From: an uncultured Actinomycetes bacterium
Lineage (GTDB): Bacteria; Actinomycetota; Actinomycetes; S36-B12; UBA10799
DNA: 64,000 bases
Assembly: GCA_963842975.1 (NCBI GenBank)
Contig: CAWJIH010000005.1
Coordinates: forward strand, 81,715 to 145,714
Direction: 5' to 3'
Below the pieces are notes generated by a model, which did not search any database, was not told the origin of the DNA, and saw only the letters and a list, made by a program, of their open reading frames with translations. The number at the start of each line of letters is the position of its first letter. Within the stretch, counting starts at the first letter, position 1. Below are positions 48,298-59,747 of the stretch, piece after piece. A program made the translations under genes and the position numbers.

Positions 48298-50862
48298 ATG
48301 GCATCAAAGACGTCGACGTCCACTGCGGCGCGGAGGCGAGACTCTCAAGGTGCCCCCAGTCGTTCGGCATCGAAGGGTGCACAGGCGAGCGGCGCCGGGG
48401 GATCGCCGCGCGCTTCCGGTACGCCCGAGCGCAGCCCTGGAGCTGGCGCGGCAGCGGCGTTCGGCCGGGGGATCCGCAAGAGTTGGCTGACGCTGGCGGC
48501 CGGGGCTGGTGCAGCTGCTCGACGCGTCAAGGCTTATGAACTGCCGCCGGGACGCAATCATGACGGCCTCGCTTTGGCGGCGGCCCTGACCGCAATCGTC
48601 GTCGTGGTCACGATGTGGTTCGGTTTGGGCGGGCCGTTGGCAAACCTGATCGATACCGTCGTGGGCGGCGCTTTCGGCCGAGTGGCCCTCGGGGTGCCCG
48701 TGGTGGCGGCAGCGATCGCGATCCACTTGTGGCGACCGCCGGCCGAACCGATGCCGGTCCGCGAAGTTGTCGGTTGGTCGTTAGCAGCCGTGGCGGTGCT
48801 GGGCACCTGGCATTGCGCCGCCGGCGCACCCCAACCGTCTGCCGGGCAGGGTATGCAAGCCGGTGCCGGATGGATCGGCTGGCTGGTGACGGCTCCATTC
48901 GTCGCCGCCATCGGGGTGGGCTTCACGATGCTGTTGATGATCGTCGCCTACGTGATTAGCGCGCTGCTGGTCACCGAGACTTCGCCGCAGGAGGCGGTCC
49001 AACGTCTGACCTTCACCACAGGCGCCGCCGTGGTGAAGCTTCGCGGTGCCGCATCAAGTGCGCGCCAGCATCGGCCTCGAGCGGGCGCCAAGCGCACCCT
49101 GCCAGATCCCGAGGATGGGCCCAGCCCATTCGATTCGCCACTGCAACTCGACCCAGTCGCAGACGAGTTGGACCCGTTCGCCTTGCCCGTTTTGGAGCCG
49201 GACCCCGTCCAACCAGCCCAGGACCGCCCGAATGCGGCATCAGCCCCACGCACCGTAGCCACCGCCCGCGCCGGGGCCGCCGCGAAACCGCCTGCCCCGC
49301 TCGCGCCGACCCGGCAACCCGCTGTGGACCGAACCCCGCGCAACGAGCCGCAGGTGCCATCAGGTACCCAACTGCCCCTCAGCGGCGATGTCGTGTACCG
49401 GTTGCCTGACGCCGAGTTGCTCAAGCCGGGTCCACAACCCAAATCGGCGACCCGTGCCAACGAGCGGGTGGTTGACTCCCTCACCGAGGTCCTCGATCAG
49501 TTCGAAATCGATGCCCGAGTTACTGGATTCACTCGTGGACCCACGGTGACCAGGTACGAGGTGGAGCTCGGGCCAGGCGTGAAGGTGGAGCGCGTCACCG
49601 CTCTGAGTAAGAACATCGCCTACGCCGTAGCCAGCGCCGACGTACGCATTCTTTCGCCAATACCTGGCAAGTCGGCGATCGGAATCGAGATCCCCAACAC
49701 TGATCGCGAAATCGTGTCGCTGGCCGATGTCCTCGCCAGTCGTGCCGCCACCAACGATCAGCATCCGATGGTGGTCGGGCTGGGCAAGGACGTGGAAGGT
49801 GGCTACGTCTGCGCCAACCTGGCCAAGATGCCGCACGTGCTGGTCGCTGGGGCAACTGGCGCGGGCAAGTCGAGTTGCATCAATGCCCTCATCACCAGCC
49901 TGCTGATGCGCTCGTCGCCGGATCAGGTCCGCATGATCCTGGTGGACCCCAAGCGCGTCGAACTCACCGCCTACGAAGGTGTGCCGCACCTCATCACGCC
50001 CATCATCACCAACCCCAAACGTGCCGCCGATGCGCTGCAATGGGTGGTGAAAGAGATGGACACCCGTTACGACGACTTGGCCGCTTTCGGGTTTCGGCAC
50101 ATCGACGAATTCAACAAGGCTGTGCGCAACAAGACCATCACCCCGTTGCCCGGCAGCGAACGGGTGCTCGAGCCCTATCCCTACCTAGTCGTCATCGTCG
50201 ACGAGCTCGCCGACCTCATGATGGTCGCCCCGCGCGACGTGGAGGACGCGATCGTTCGGATCACCCAGCTGGCCCGGGCCGCTGGTATCCACCTGGTGCT
50301 CGCGACCCAGCGGCCCAGCGTGGATGTGGTGACCGGCCTCATTAAGGCCAACGTTCCGAGTCGGTTGGCTTTCTCGACCTCCAGCGTGACCGACAGCAGG
50401 GTGATCCTCGATCAACCTGGAGCGGACAAATTGGTCGGCCAGGGTGACGGCCTATTCCTGCCGATGGGCGCGAGCAAACCGGTGCGGATCCAAGGCGCGT
50501 TCGTGCCGGCCCACGAGATTGTGGCCGTTGTGGAGCACTGCAAAGCGCAGTTGGCTCCGCAGTACCGCGAAGACGTGGTGGTGCCAGAGTCCAGCAAAGC
50601 GGTGGTGGACAGTGACATCGGCGATGACCTGGACCTGTTGGTGAGCGCGGTGGAGTTGGTGGTGAGTACCCAGTTTGGCTCCACCTCCATGCTGCAGCGC
50701 AAACTCCGCGTCGGTTTCGCCAAGGCTGGACGATTGATGGATCTGATGGAAAGTCGCGGAATCGTTGGACCTTCGGAAGGCAGTAAGGCGCGTGAGGTTC
50801 TCGTGGCACCAGACGAACTTGATGCTGTCGTAGCTTCGCTGCACGGCGGGGCAGAGTCCTGA
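48298..50862 (+). CDS. ftsK: DNA translocase FtsK
   Basis: N-terminal TM domain, a Pro/Ala-rich linker, the motor domain with Walker [21 protein letters not shown] and [12 protein letters not shown], and a C-terminal gamma (winged-helix) domain. Confidence 0.95.
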   Translation: MASKTSTSTAARRRDSQGAPSRSASKGAQASGAGGSPRASGTPERSPGAGAAAAFGRGIRKSWLTLAAGAGAAARRVKAYELPPGRNHDGLALAAALTAIVVVVTMWFGLGGPLANLIDTVVGGAFGRVALGVPVVAAAIAIHLWRPPAEPMPVREVVGWSLAAVAVLGTWHCAAGAPQPSAGQGMQAGAGWIGWLVTAPFVAAIGVGFTMLLMIVAYVISALLVTETSPQEAVQRLTFTTGAAVVKLRGAASSARQHRPRAGAKRTLPDPEDGPSPFDSPLQLDPVADELDPFALPVLEPDPVQPAQDRPNAASAPRTVATARAGAAAKPPAPLAPTRQPAVDRTPRNEPQVPSGTQLPLSGDVVYRLPDAELLKPGPQPKSATRANERVVDSLTEVLDQFEIDARVTGFTRGPTVTRYEVELGPGVKVERVTALSKNIAYAVASADVRILSPIPGKSAIGIEIPNTDREIVSLADVLASRAATNDQHPMVVGLGKDVEGGYVCANLAKMPHVLVAGATGAGKSSCINALITSLLMRSSPDQVRMILVDPKRVELTAYEGVPHLITPIITNPKRAADALQWVVKEMDTRYDDLAAFGFRHIDEFNKAVRNKTITPLPGSERVLEPYPYLVVIVDELADLMMVAPRDVEDAIVRITQLARAAGIHLVLATQRPSVDVVTGLIKANVPSRLAFSTSSVTDSRVILDQPGADKLVGQGDGLFLPMGASKPVRIQGAFVPAHEIVAVVEHCKAQLAPQYREDVVVPESSKAVVDSDIGDDLDLLVSAVELVVSTQFGSTSMLQRKLRVGFAKAGRLMDLMESRGIVGPSEGSKAREVLVAPDELDAVVASLHGGAES

Positions 50863-50877
50863 CCGGAGAGCCTCCGG
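50863..50877 (+). terminator. Short hairpin directly after the ftsK stop (weak terminator candidate)
   Basis: CCGGAG-AGC-CTCCGG followed by CGTTGCCG. There is no clear U-tract. Confidence 0.25.
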
Positions 50878-50890
50878 CGTTGCCGCGCCC

Positions 50891-50896
50891 TAGAGT
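50891..50896 (+). promoter_or_regulatory. -10-like hexamer TAGAGT, 6 nt upstream of the rimO ATG (leaderless candidate)
   Basis: TAGAGT-CGGATC-ATG(50903). Confidence 0.45.
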
Positions 50897-50902
50897 CGGA
50901 TC

Positions 50903-52375
50903 ATGAATTCGGCCCCGCGGCCCGCTGATCAGAAGGCGACCAAGGTGAACGTGCTCACTTTGGGGTGCGCGCGTAACGAAGTTGATTCCGAGGAGTTGGC
51001 GACCCGACTCGACGCGGACGGCTGGCTGCTGGTGGACTCCCCGGAGGCCGCCGACGTCGTGATGGTCAACACCTGCGGCTTCATCGAACAGGCCAAACGG
51101 GACAGCATCGAGACCTTGCTTGGTGCCGCCGGTACTGGGCGAACGGTGGTGGCAGTGGGGTGTTTGGCCGAACGCTACGGCTCCGAGCTGGCCGGAGAGT
51201 TGCCCGAAGCCACGGTGCTCGGATTCGACGACTACACCGAAATTTCGCAACGCCTGCAGGACGCCTACCGTGGGGTGCCGCACCTTGCTCACACGCCGCA
51301 GGATCGGCGGCGATTGTTGCCGATCGCACCTGTGGAACGTACGGATGAAGGAACAACGCCTGGGCACGCTGGGTCCGGCCACCAGCGTCTGTTGCACGTC
51401 GGACCAAGTCAGCCGGTCAAACTTGCCTCAGGCTGTGATCGGCGGTGCTCCTTCTGCGCGATCCCGAGTTTCCGGGGGGCGTTCGTTTCCCGTCGGCCCA
51501 CCGACGTTCACGCCGACGTTGTGGCGCTCGCCGCTGCGGGTGCGCGCGAAGTCGTGCTGGTGTCGGAGAACTCCACGTCTTACGGCAAGGATCTTGGCGA
51601 CATGCGTCTACTCGATACGTTGCTGGGGGATCTGGCGGGCGCGCCGGGCCTGGAGTGGGTGCGAGTGTCCTACCTGCAGCCAGCCGAGATGCGACCCAGC
51701 CTGGTGGCAACGATCTCCACCACGCCTGGGGTCGCCCGCTACTTCGATCTGAGTTTCCAGCACGCGTCCGGCCCAGTTCTGCGCCGGATGCGCAGGTTCG
51801 GCGACGGCGGCAACTTCCTCGACCTACTCGACCGGATCCGTGACCACGCACCGACGGCAGGTGCCAGGTCCAACTTCATCCTCGGTTTCCCCGGTGAGAC
51901 AGCAGCGGACGTTGAAGCGTTGGAAGACTTCCTGGTTGCTGCCCGACTCGATGCGATCGGGGTGTTCGGCTACTCCGACGAAGACGGCACCGAGGCGGTC
52001 CAGTTGCCGGATCATGTGGATCCAGACACGGTTGCCGAGCGCGTGGAGCGGATCAGCCGCCTCGCCGACGCCTTGATGGAGCAGCGGGCAGAGGAGCGCG
52101 TGGGGGAGCGCACCCGGTTGTTGGTGGAACGGATAGTCGATGATGCCGAGGGGCCGTGGGATGTTGGGGGGCCGGACGTCGGCGATGCGGTGGCGAACGG
52201 ACACCAACGCGCAACCCAGCCGGCGGTGGAAGGGCGCTGTGAGCATCAAGGCCCCGAGGACGCCAGCACGATGGTGTGGGCGGCACCTGCAGGAGTGGCT
52301 GTGGGAGACGTGCTGGACGTGGAGATCGTCGACACCGAGGGAGTCGACCTGATCGCGAAGGTGGTTGACCCATGA
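50903..52375 (+). CDS. rimO: Ribosomal protein S12 methylthiotransferase (radical SAM MTTase)
   Basis: N-terminal [13 protein letters not shown]...VNTCGF, radical [14 protein letters not shown], and a C-terminal TRAM region. Position between ftsK and pgsA as in Streptomyces. Confidence 0.88.
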   Translation: MNSAPRPADQKATKVNVLTLGCARNEVDSEELATRLDADGWLLVDSPEAADVVMVNTCGFIEQAKRDSIETLLGAAGTGRTVVAVGCLAERYGSELAGELPEATVLGFDDYTEISQRLQDAYRGVPHLAHTPQDRRRLLPIAPVERTDEGTTPGHAGSGHQRLLHVGPSQPVKLASGCDRRCSFCAIPSFRGAFVSRRPTDVHADVVALAAAGAREVVLVSENSTSYGKDLGDMRLLDTLLGDLAGAPGLEWVRVSYLQPAEMRPSLVATISTTPGVARYFDLSFQHASGPVLRRMRRFGDGGNFLDLLDRIRDHAPTAGARSNFILGFPGETAADVEALEDFLVAARLDAIGVFGYSDEDGTEAVQLPDHVDPDTVAERVERISRLADALMEQRAEERVGERTRLLVERIVDDAEGPWDVGGPDVGDAVANGHQRATQPAVEGRCEHQGPEDASTMVWAAPAGVAVGDVLDVEIVDTEGVDLIAKVVDP

Positions 52376-52968
52376 GCACGTCCGCGCGCGTGGACGCTAT
52401 GGCCCATCCACCAAGCGATTCCGGGTTGGTGAATGTTCCGAACGCCCTCACCACGCTCAGGTTGATCTTGGTGATTCCGTTTGCCATCGCGCTGCTTTGG
52501 CAGGACGGCGACAACGCCACCGCCAGAGTTGTGGCCACTGTCTTGTTCGTGCTGGCCTCCGTCACCGACTACGTCGACGGCTACATCGCACGCAAGAAGA
52601 ACCTGGTCACCACCTTCGGCAAAGTGGCCGATCCGATCGCAGACAAACTGCTGACCGGGGTCGCCTTGGTGGGTTTGAGCATCTTGGGGGAACTCCCGTG
52701 GTGGGTGACGGTGATCATCCTCGGCCGCGAGCTTGCGGTCACGCTCATGCGTTTCTGGGTGATCCGCGAAGGTGTGATGGCTGCCAGCCGAGGTGGCAAA
52801 TGGAAGACCGCCACCCAGATTCTGGCCATCGTGATGTATCTGTTGCCGCTCACCGGGGTGGCGCGCACAGCGGCCGAGTTCGTGATGTTGGCCGCCGTCG
52901 TGCTGACGCTGGTGACCGGCGTGGATTACGCCTTCCGGGCGGTGGCTCTGCATCGGCGGGGTGCGTGA
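52372..52968 (+). CDS. pgsA: CDP-diacylglycerol--glycerol-3-phosphate 3-phosphatidyltransferase
   Basis: CDP-alcohol phosphatidyltransferase motif [10 protein letters not shown]....[16 protein letters not shown] overlap with rimO. Confidence 0.9.
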   Translation: MSTSARVDAMAHPPSDSGLVNVPNALTTLRLILVIPFAIALLWQDGDNATARVVATVLFVLASVTDYVDGYIARKKNLVTTFGKVADPIADKLLTGVALVGLSILGELPWWVTVIILGRELAVTLMRFWVIREGVMAASRGGKWKTATQILAIVMYLLPLTGVARTAAEFVMLAAVVLTLVTGVDYAFRAVALHRRGA

Positions 52969-53516
52969 GTTCGACATCCGAGGATGGCCTCCCGCGGGTC
53001 GTTCGTGATCCTTCGATGACGATCAACATGCCAGCGCTGGTGGCGGCTTTGGCAGATGCGGGCCTCACCCTTGCGGTGGCCGAATCGCTCACCGGCGGAT
53101 TGCTCGCTGATGCGGTGGTTTCCGTCCCGGGTGCCTCAGTTGTTTTCCTTGGCGGTGTGGTGACCTATGCCACCGCTAGCAAAAGCAGTGTCTTGGGGGT
53201 GCCGGAAGCGCTGCTCGCTGCCCGGGGCGCCCCCGATCCAGAGGTTGCCCGGGCGATGGCCCATGGGGTTCGGCAACTGTTCGGTGCGTCGTTCGCGGCG
53301 GCGACCACCGGGGTGGCCGGCCCCGACCCACAAGATGGCAAGGCACCCGGGACGGTGTTCGTTGCGGTGGCCTGGGGGGATCGGATGGGATTCGATGACA
53401 ACGTCGTGGAGTTCCATATTGCGGGATCACGCGCTGAGGTGAGACGTGGCGCAGTGGATGCGGCCGTGGGCATGATTAATGAGGCGGTGGCGGGCCGGTC
53501 CCAGCCAACCGCGTAG
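52965..53516 (+). CDS. CinA C-terminal domain protein (nicotinamide-nucleotide amidohydrolase PncC-like)
   Basis: LAVAESLTGGLLADAVVSVPGAS..FLGGVVTY and TTGVAGP. The GTG at 52965 overlaps the pgsA stop (GTGA). ATG 53016 is an alternative start. Confidence 0.85.
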   Translation: MSSTSEDGLPRVVRDPSMTINMPALVAALADAGLTLAVAESLTGGLLADAVVSVPGASVVFLGGVVTYATASKSSVLGVPEALLAARGAPDPEVARAMAHGVRQLFGASFAAATTGVAGPDPQDGKAPGTVFVAVAWGDRMGFDDNVVEFHIAGSRAEVRRGAVDAAVGMINEAVAGRSQPTA

Positions 53517-53519
53517 GTG

Positions 53520-53780
53520 CTAGGCGACTGTGATGCGTGGACGCTGTTCGTCCCGAGCCATCTTGTCGCTCACCGAACGGAGCACGTCGGAGAGTGATAC
53601 ATCAAGGGCACCACAGATCGCCGCGAGCAACTCACTCGAAGCTTCTTTCTGGCCTCGCTCCACTTCGCTGAGGTAGCCGAGGGAGACGCGGGCCGCGCCA
53701 CTGACATCGCGCAGGGTACGTCCCTGGGCGTTGCGGCGTGAACGCAACTCATCACCGATGATTGAGCGAAGCACCACCAT
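53520..53780 (-). CDS. clgR: XRE-family HTH regulator, ClgR-like
   Basis: 86 aa. [41 protein letters not shown]. Strong SD GGAAAGGAGGA. Conserved position after pgsA-cinA. Confidence 0.8.
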   Translation of the reverse strand: MVVLRSIIGDELRSRRNAQGRTLRDVSGAARVSLGYLSEVERGQKEASSELLAAICGALDVSLSDVLRSVSDKMARDEQRPRITVA

Positions 53781-53812
53781 GGCCGTCCTCCTTTCCCAGG
53801 GGATCAGAATAC

Positions 53813-53831
53813 GCGTCCGTGGCCCGGACGC
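53813..53831 (-). terminator. Hairpin GCGTCCG-N5-CGGACGC between nei and clgR (weak terminator or operator)
   Basis: 7-bp perfect stem. On the minus strand it is followed by GTATTCTGATCC. The TATTCT could equally be the clgR -10. Confidence 0.3.
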
Positions 53832-53862
53832 ATCCGAAGGCACAACGTGCGCGGTTCCTCCC

Positions 53863-54672
53863 TTATCGTACCGCTCGGGTCCGTCTCGGTTGACACTGTG
53901 GACAGCACGCGATCCGGCGGTCCTGAGGCGGCCTACCAACCGTGACGCGAGCCAGTCTGCTGCCGCAGCGCAGGCAGGTGCGGCGACCGTGCACCCAGGA
54001 TGAAGCACCGCGGGCTTGTCGCCCAGTTGTCACCCGTGAGGCACGTCCCCGGTTGCTTTGCAGCAGTTGCACCCCCAGTTCGAGGATCCGTGCCGCAGCA
54101 ATCTCACCGACCTGGTCGAGTGGATGGACGCCGGTGAGGAAACACACTTCGGCCACGTAGTTCATACCCAAGCCTGCGACCACCCGTTGATCCAGCAGCG
54201 CCTCGGCGATCCCTCGGTTTGGGTCGCTCAGCAGGTTGCGCTGAGCCAAGGAGGCGTCGAAATCGGGGCCGAGGATGTCGGGACCAAGGTGGGCCAGAAA
54301 TGCCTGGTGTTCCTCAGCGGTGGGGGCAATCGCCAACTCTGCCAGCCGGTAGCCGACCGCAACGTTTGATTCGGTGCGGAGGATCGCGCGGATCTCGTGT
54401 GTTGGTCCCCCGCGCCACCTCGCGCCGGGACGGTACAGATGCCAGGAACCTTCCATCCGCAGGTGAGAGTGCAACGTGACTGGCTCGATGCGCTGCGAGG
54501 TGATCCGGATCAGCAGGTGTTTGCCGTAGCTTCCCACGCTGTGAACTTCTGATCCGGTGAAGTCTGTCGTTGCCAAACTCGGAACCCGCAAGTCGGTGTT
54601 TGTCAGGGTGTGCCCGTGCAAGGCTTCGTGCAGTCGGTTTGCCGCCAACCAGACGGTGTCTCCCTCAGGCAT
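53863..54672 (-). CDS. nei: Fpg/Nei family DNA glycosylase (endonuclease VIII-like)
   Basis: N-terminal MPEGDTV catalytic Pro-Glu, H2TH region, and a C-terminal zinc finger CLRCG...CCPQCQ. Lies downstream of lhr, as in mycobacteria. Confidence 0.9.
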   Translation of the reverse strand: MPEGDTVWLAANRLHEALHGHTLTNTDLRVPSLATTDFTGSEVHSVGSYGKHLLIRITSQRIEPVTLHSHLRMEGSWHLYRPGARWRGGPTHEIRAILRTESNVAVGYRLAELAIAPTAEEHQAFLAHLGPDILGPDFDASLAQRNLLSDPNRGIAEALLDQRVVAGLGMNYVAEVCFLTGVHPLDQVGEIAAARILELGVQLLQSNRGRASRVTTGRQARGASSWVHGRRTCLRCGSRLARVTVGRPPQDRRIACCPQCQPRRTRAVR

Positions 54673-54692
54673 CGGATGTTCCGCCCATCCGG

Positions 54693-57600
54693 CTAGCGGT
54701 TCCGCATGCGCAGGCCGCGCGGAGTCAGAGCGAAACCGGCGCGGGCGAATACGTCGGCCGCCGGGCTGGTCAACACGCTGTCGCCGTCGGTTCGCTGCAC
54801 TGTGAGTCCGCCGAGCCGGCCGTTGCGTACCGCAGCTGCCACTGCGGATGCCGCGGCTGCGAGCACCGCCTCGTCGTCGGTCCAGGTGAGCATGGTGCGA
54901 CCACCGCGTTCGAGATACAGCACGAGGTCGCCACGGTGCAGCACCACCACCGCACCGGCCTTGCGGCCTGGCCGGTGGCCGCCATCACCGTCCTTGCGGG
55001 GCGGCCACGGCAAGGCCGCGCCATACGGTTGAGCGGGATCAGTGGCAGCTAGCAGGACTGCTGGCACGTCGGGATCGAGACTCTCGGTGGCGCGACTGTC
55101 CCGATCGGCGCCCACCCGCAGCCGATCCACCACCGCGGAGGTGGTGAATTGGGCTGCGCCGAGCCCTTCGATGGCGTGGGTGCGGATGCAGCCGCCGCCA
55201 TCCTCCATGGCCCGCAGCACCTTGTAGGCCGCCGCGAATCCGCCAGCAAATCGTTCGATGCCCAACGCTCCACGTGTCACCACAGCGTGGCGATCCAGCA
55301 GCCAGGGTGCCAGCGCCGCCGCCCGGTTGGTGGGGTCGAGCGGGGTCCGGGGCACCGCCGACCATCGGCCCGCCAGCGACGGTGCGACTCGGGGCACGCT
55401 CGGGGCGCGTAGTGATCCCTTTGCGGCTGGGCGGGAGTAGCGGCGTGGCCGTGGGTTGGTGCGCCGCGGCGCCGGCCGCCGTCCAGATCCACCGGTTGGC
55501 CCAAGTCTGGCTCGGATCGGGGCAAAGGTGTCGTTGGTCAACCAGCCTGCCCACAGCAGGTCGTCGAACGCTTCTGGGACCGCCGCCGGGTCGAATCCTT
55601 CGGGTGCCGTCGCACTGAGCCGATCGAGCAGCTGGGCGTAGAACCAGCCGCCGCCATCGGCCACTGCGCTCAAGATGGCCGTGGCGATGTCGCCCTCAAC
55701 GTCGGCGGGTTCGCCGAGGGTGATGTCGGCATCTGCCGGTGCCACCGTCACCCAACCATCGCCGCCGGGTAGGGCCCCGGCGCCACACCACACCACTTCC
55801 CCAGCGCTGGTGAGTTCGTCGAGCATCGCTGGGGTGTAGTCGCGGACGCGGGCTGGCAGCAGATGGGATTCCAGGGAACTGGCTGGCACCGGGCAGCCGG
55901 CAAGCTGATCCACCACTCGCAAAACCGCGTCCACTCCACGGTCATTGCTGCCGATCCCATGCCACTGGGTGAGGAAATCCGCGTAGACCCTCGCGGGTAC
56001 CGGTTCGGCCTGGGCCCGCAGTTTGGCGATGCTTCGCCGCCGGATGCGCCGGAGCACATCGGCATCACACCATTCCGATCCGGAACCACCCGGGCGGAAC
56101 TCCCCACGCAGTACCCGGCCGCTGGCGGCAAGCCGGTCCAGAGTCGTGCCGGCCACTGCTGTGCCGATGCGAAAGTGTCCGGCGACGGCGTCGACTGTGA
56201 AGGGGCCGTGGGTACGCGCATAGCGTGCGAGGAGGTCGCCCACGGGATCGGCGGTGGGTTCGGTGAACGTCAGCGGAATGCCGATCGGTAGCGGGGTGCC
56301 CAAGGCGTCCCGAAGCCGACCGGCATCCTCGATCGCCGCCGTCCTGGGCACGTCTAGGGTCACTGGAATGGCTCGTCTGGAGTCGATCAACTGCGCAGCC
56401 CAGCTCGCGTCGCCCCCTCGGGCGCGAATGTCGTCGTCGCTCAGGGGGCCCAACACCCGCAGTGCATCAGCGAGGTCCTCGGCATTGCGCAGGTGGCGGT
56501 CGGGTGCCAACCACGACACTTCCGCCTCCACCTCGGCGATCGCCTCGGCGTCGAGCAACTCGCGCAGTTCCACCGTACCCAGCAAGTCGGCGAGCAACCC
56601 GGCGTCCAGCGTCAGGGCGGCGGCGCGACGTTCGGCGAGCGGCGAATCACCCTCGTACATGAAAGCGGCCACGTAGCCGAAGAGCAAGGCTCGGGCGAAG
56701 GGGCTCGGTTGCTCGGCGGCGACCTCGTGCAGTCGGATGCTGCCGTTTGCCAGTCCGCCGAGTACCTCGCGCAGGCCGGGCACGTCGAAGACATCCGAGA
56801 CGCATTCCCGCACTGTTTCCAGCACGATCGGGAACGTGGGGTGTTCGGCCGCGACCGCGAGCAGTTGGGCGCTCCGCTGTCGCTGCTGCCATAGCGGAGC
56901 GCGCCGTTTCGGATCACGTTTGGGCAGCAGCAGCGCCCGCGCGGCGCACTCTCGGAAGCGGGAGGCGAACAGCGCGCTACCGCCGATCTCGTCGGTGACG
57001 ATTCGGGAGATCTCGTCCGGATCGACCAGCACCGCTTGGCGCACAACCTCCCAGATCTCGTCATCGTCGGAGTCCGGGATGCGCAGCACGATGCCATCGT
57101 CGGCGTGAGACACCCCCACGTCCATGCCAGTGGCGGCACGCATCCGGGCACCGATCGCGAGGGCCCAGGGCGCGTGCACTCTGGCGCCGAGCGGGGAGAG
57201 CAACGCCACCTGCCAGTCACCGAGTTCGTCGCGGAAGCGCTCCAAGACGATGGTGCGATCGTCCGGCAGCCGTCCGGCGGACTGGCGTTGCTCTTCGAGG
57301 TAGGCCAACAGATTGGTGATCGCATTGGTATCCAGCCCCTCCGCAGCGAGGGCAGCCTGCGCCGCCGCGGGCTGCTGGTGGGAGAGGGTGCGCACGGTGG
57401 CTCCGACTTGCCGGCCTAACTGCAGGCTGCGGCCGAGTGCGTCGCCGTGCCAGAACGGCATTTTGCCTGGTTGACCGGGTGCAGGGGACACCAGCACTCG
57501 GTCGTGCGTGATGTCCTCGATGCGCCAACTGCTGGCGCCCAGGGCAAACACATCGCCCACCCGGGACTCGTACACCATCTCCTCGTCCAGCTCGCCGAGC

Positions 57601-59306
57601 TTGGAGCTCTTCTCGCCAATCAGGTGGACGGCGAAGAGCCCACGATCCGGGATCGTGCCGCCGGAGGTGACGGCAAGCCGCTGGGCACCCGGACGGGCCG
57701 AGAGCATTCCGGTGCCGCGATCCCACACGATTTTCGGACGCAGATCGCCGAAGCCGTCCGCCGGGTATTTGCCGCTCAGCATGTCCAGGGTGGCGTGCCA
57801 AGCCGATTCGGGCAGCCGTGTGTAGGGGGCGCTGCGGCGAACCATGGCAGCGAGGTCGTCGATCTCCCAGTCGTCCATCGCAACGGCCGCAACCACCTGC
57901 TGGGCGAGCACGTCCAGCGGGTTGTCGGGCACCGACATGGTTTCGATTTCGCGTTCTCGCATGCCTCGGGCCACGACCGTCGCGGCAACTAGATCCGCGC
58001 GGTACTTCGGGAAGATGGAGCCGCGACTGACCGCACCGACGTGGTGGCCGGCGCGGCCGATGCGTTGGAGCCCGGCCGCGACTGACGGTGGCGCTTCCAC
58101 TTGGATCACCAAGTCCACCGCGCCCATATCGATGCCCAGTTCCAAGCTGCTGGTGGCCACCACTGCGGGTAGGCGCCCGGCTTTGAGGTCCTCTTCGATC
58201 ACCGCCCGTTGCTCTTTGCTGACCGATCCGTGGTGGGCCCGGGCGACCACGGGGGTCGGGAGCGATTCGGTGGCGGCCTCTGGGTCGCCTGTTGCCGAGG
58301 TGGCTGCGTCAGCGGCGGCTTGCTCGGCGGCTTGCTCGGCGGCGAGTTCGTTGAGCCGGCTGGTGAGTCGCTCAGCCAGCCGGCGTGAGTTGACGAACAC
58401 AAGGGTGGCCGTATGGGCCTGGATCATGTCCAGGACGCGTTGTTCCACGTGCGGCCAGATCGAATTGCGCGGACCTTCGGCTGCGGTTGAACCGCTGAAG
58501 TCCGCAATCGAGGTTGAGCCGCCTAGGTCGGCCATGTCCTCGACCGGAACCTCGATAGTGACCTCAATTCGTTTGGACGACTCTGGTTCGATCACACTGA
58601 CCGGCCGCCCACCGCCCAGAAATCGGGCGATCTCCGAACTTGGTCGCACCGTGGCCGACAGCCCAATGCGCTGCAACGGGGTCTCGGTCAACTCCTCAAG
58701 GCGCTCAAGTGAAAGGGCCAGGTGTGCCCCGCGTTTGGTGCCAGCGACGGCGTGAATCTCGTCGATGATCACTGTGTGGACATGGCGCAGACTGTCCCTC
58801 GCCGCAGAGGTCAGCAGCAGGTACAACGATTCCGGGGTGGTGATCAGGATGTCCGAAGGGGTGCGTGCTTGCCGGCGACGTTCATCGGTGGGGGTGTCGC
58901 CGGAGCGGACAGCGACCGTGATGTCTGGCTCGTCCAAGCCGGCTCGAACCATCTCCTGGCGCAGCCCGGTCAGCGGTGCGCGCAGATTACGTTCGACGTC
59001 GACCGCCAGCGCCTTCAGCGGGGAGATGTAGAGCACTGACGTGCGGGTCGCCGGTGCCGGTGGGGTCTCTCGGGTGGCTAGCGAATCGAGCGCGAAGAAG
59101 AAAGCAGCCAACGTCTTACCCGAGCCAGTGGGGGCGACCACGAGGGCGGAGTCGCCGGACGCGATCGCCTTCCAGGCGGCTTCTTGGGCTGGTGTGGGAG
59201 ACGTGAACGAACGTGTGAACCACGACTGCGCAGCGGTGGAGAAATGCGCCAACGCCGAATCGTCGGCGTGGTGCGGGGGCCCAGGTGGGGCCGGCTGCGA
59301 TCCCAT
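54693..59306 (-). CDS. lhr: ATP-dependent helicase Lhr (large SF2 helicase with C-terminal domain)
   Basis: VVAPTGSGKTLAAF, DEIH, SAT and HHGSVSKEQR motifs. About 1540 aa. ATG 59306 is chosen; the ORF is also open to a TTG at 59342. Confidence 0.93.
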   Translation of the reverse strand: MGSQPAPPGPPHHADDSALAHFSTAAQSWFTRSFTSPTPAQEAAWKAIASGDSALVVAPTGSGKTLAAFFFALDSLATRETPPAPATRTSVLYISPLKALAVDVERNLRAPLTGLRQEMVRAGLDEPDITVAVRSGDTPTDERRRQARTPSDILITTPESLYLLLTSAARDSLRHVHTVIIDEIHAVAGTKRGAHLALSLERLEELTETPLQRIGLSATVRPSSEIARFLGGGRPVSVIEPESSKRIEVTIEVPVEDMADLGGSTSIADFSGSTAAEGPRNSIWPHVEQRVLDMIQAHTATLVFVNSRRLAERLTSRLNELAAEQAAEQAAADAATSATGDPEAATESLPTPVVARAHHGSVSKEQRAVIEEDLKAGRLPAVVATSSLELGIDMGAVDLVIQVEAPPSVAAGLQRIGRAGHHVGAVSRGSIFPKYRADLVAATVVARGMREREIETMSVPDNPLDVLAQQVVAAVAMDDWEIDDLAAMVRRSAPYTRLPESAWHATLDMLSGKYPADGFGDLRPKIVWDRGTGMLSARPGAQRLAVTSGGTIPDRGLFAVHLIGEKSSKLGELDEEMVYESRVGDVFALGASSWRIEDITHDRVLVSPAPGQPGKMPFWHGDALGRSLQLGRQVGATVRTLSHQQPAAAQAALAAEGLDTNAITNLLAYLEEQRQSAGRLPDDRTIVLERFRDELGDWQVALLSPLGARVHAPWALAIGARMRAATGMDVGVSHADDGIVLRIPDSDDDEIWEVVRQAVLVDPDEISRIVTDEIGGSALFASRFRECAARALLLPKRDPKRRAPLWQQRQRSAQLLAVAAEHPTFPIVLETVRECVSDVFDVPGLREVLGGLANGSIRLHEVAAEQPSPFARALLFGYVAAFMYEGDSPLAERRAAALTLDAGLLADLLGTVELRELLDAEAIAEVEAEVSWLAPDRHLRNAEDLADALRVLGPLSDDDIRARGGDASWAAQLIDSRRAIPVTLDVPRTAAIEDAGRLRDALGTPLPIGIPLTFTEPTADPVGDLLARYARTHGPFTVDAVAGHFRIGTAVAGTTLDRLAASGRVLRGEFRPGGSGSEWCDADVLRRIRRRSIAKLRAQAEPVPARVYADFLTQWHGIGSNDRGVDAVLRVVDQLAGCPVPASSLESHLLPARVRDYTPAMLDELTSAGEVVWCGAGALPGGDGWVTVAPADADITLGEPADVEGDIATAILSAVADGGGWFYAQLLDRLSATAPEGFDPAAVPEAFDDLLWAGWLTNDTFAPIRARLGPTGGSGRRPAPRRTNPRPRRYSRPAAKGSLRAPSVPRVAPSLAGRWSAVPRTPLDPTNRAAALAPWLLDRHAVVTRGALGIERFAGGFAAAYKVLRAMEDGGGCIRTHAIEGLGAAQFTTSAVVDRLRVGADRDSRATESLDPDVPAVLLAATDPAQPYGAALPWPPRKDGDGGHRPGRKAGAVVVLHRGDLVLYLERGGRTMLTWTDDEAVLAAAASAVAAAVRNGRLGGLTVQRTDGDSVLTSPAADVFARAGFALTPRGLRMRNR

Positions 59307-59373
59307 GAGGTCATCCTGCCGGGTGGGTGCGACACCGAGCAAAGCCGGTCGCGTGGGGTGATTGGATAGGGCA

Positions 59374-59568
59374 GTGCGATTGACCGAGTTCTGGGAACGG
59401 ATGGATGAGGCCCTCGGAGCCAGCTACAGCAGGTACTGGGCCGATTCCCACGTGTTGCCCGAACTCGCAGGGCGCACGGTGGCAGGCGCGTTGGCCGAAG
59501 GTGAGGACGCCGCGGTGGTGTGGCGGGCGGTCTGGGTGAACCTTGAGCTGCCGCCGAGGGATCGTTGA
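59374..59568 (+). CDS. DUF3046 family small protein upstream of recA
   Basis: [35 protein letters not shown]...VWRAVW. Characteristic actinobacterial recA-upstream gene. GTG start chosen. Confidence 0.75.
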   Translation: MRLTEFWERMDEALGASYSRYWADSHVLPELAGRTVAGALAEGEDAAVVWRAVWVNLELPPRDR

Positions 59569-59650
59569 GTCATTATCCGGTTCGTGCCGTGGTCGGCTTG
59601 GTCAGCAGAATCGCGACACGCGAGTGTGCGGCTGCACGACTTCAGTGACA

Positions 59651-59666
59651 TCGAACAGCTGTTCGT
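59651..59666. promoter_or_regulatory. LexA (SOS) box TCGAACAGCTGTTCGT within a TGACAT-N16-TAGGCT promoter
   Basis: 11/12 match to the actinobacterial consensus TCGAAC-N4-GTTCGA. It sits in the spacer of a putative promoter (59646-59673). Confidence 0.75.
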
Positions 59667-59724
59667 TTAGGCTAGGTGTGTTCGAACACCGGTGTTATCC
59701 ACAACTTGACATTCGCTGGTTGGT

Positions 59725-59747
59725 TTTGTCGGAGGTACTGCCTACCG
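59725..59747 (+). promoter_or_regulatory. RecA-NDp (PafBC-dependent) type promoter motif TTGTCGGAG-N8-TACCGT
   Basis: Matches the published tTGTCRgtg-N8-TAnnnT pattern except for one base. It lies about 65 nt upstream of the recA ATG, proximal to the LexA promoter, as in M. tuberculosis. Confidence 0.6.

Noticed and set aside
59343-59373. LexA box or RecA-NDp motif upstream of lhr.
   Set aside because: Only TTGCTCGGTG is present (one inserted base relative to TTGTCGGTG), it is not followed by a TAnnnT at N8, and there is no GAAC-N4-GTTC. The match is too weak to report.
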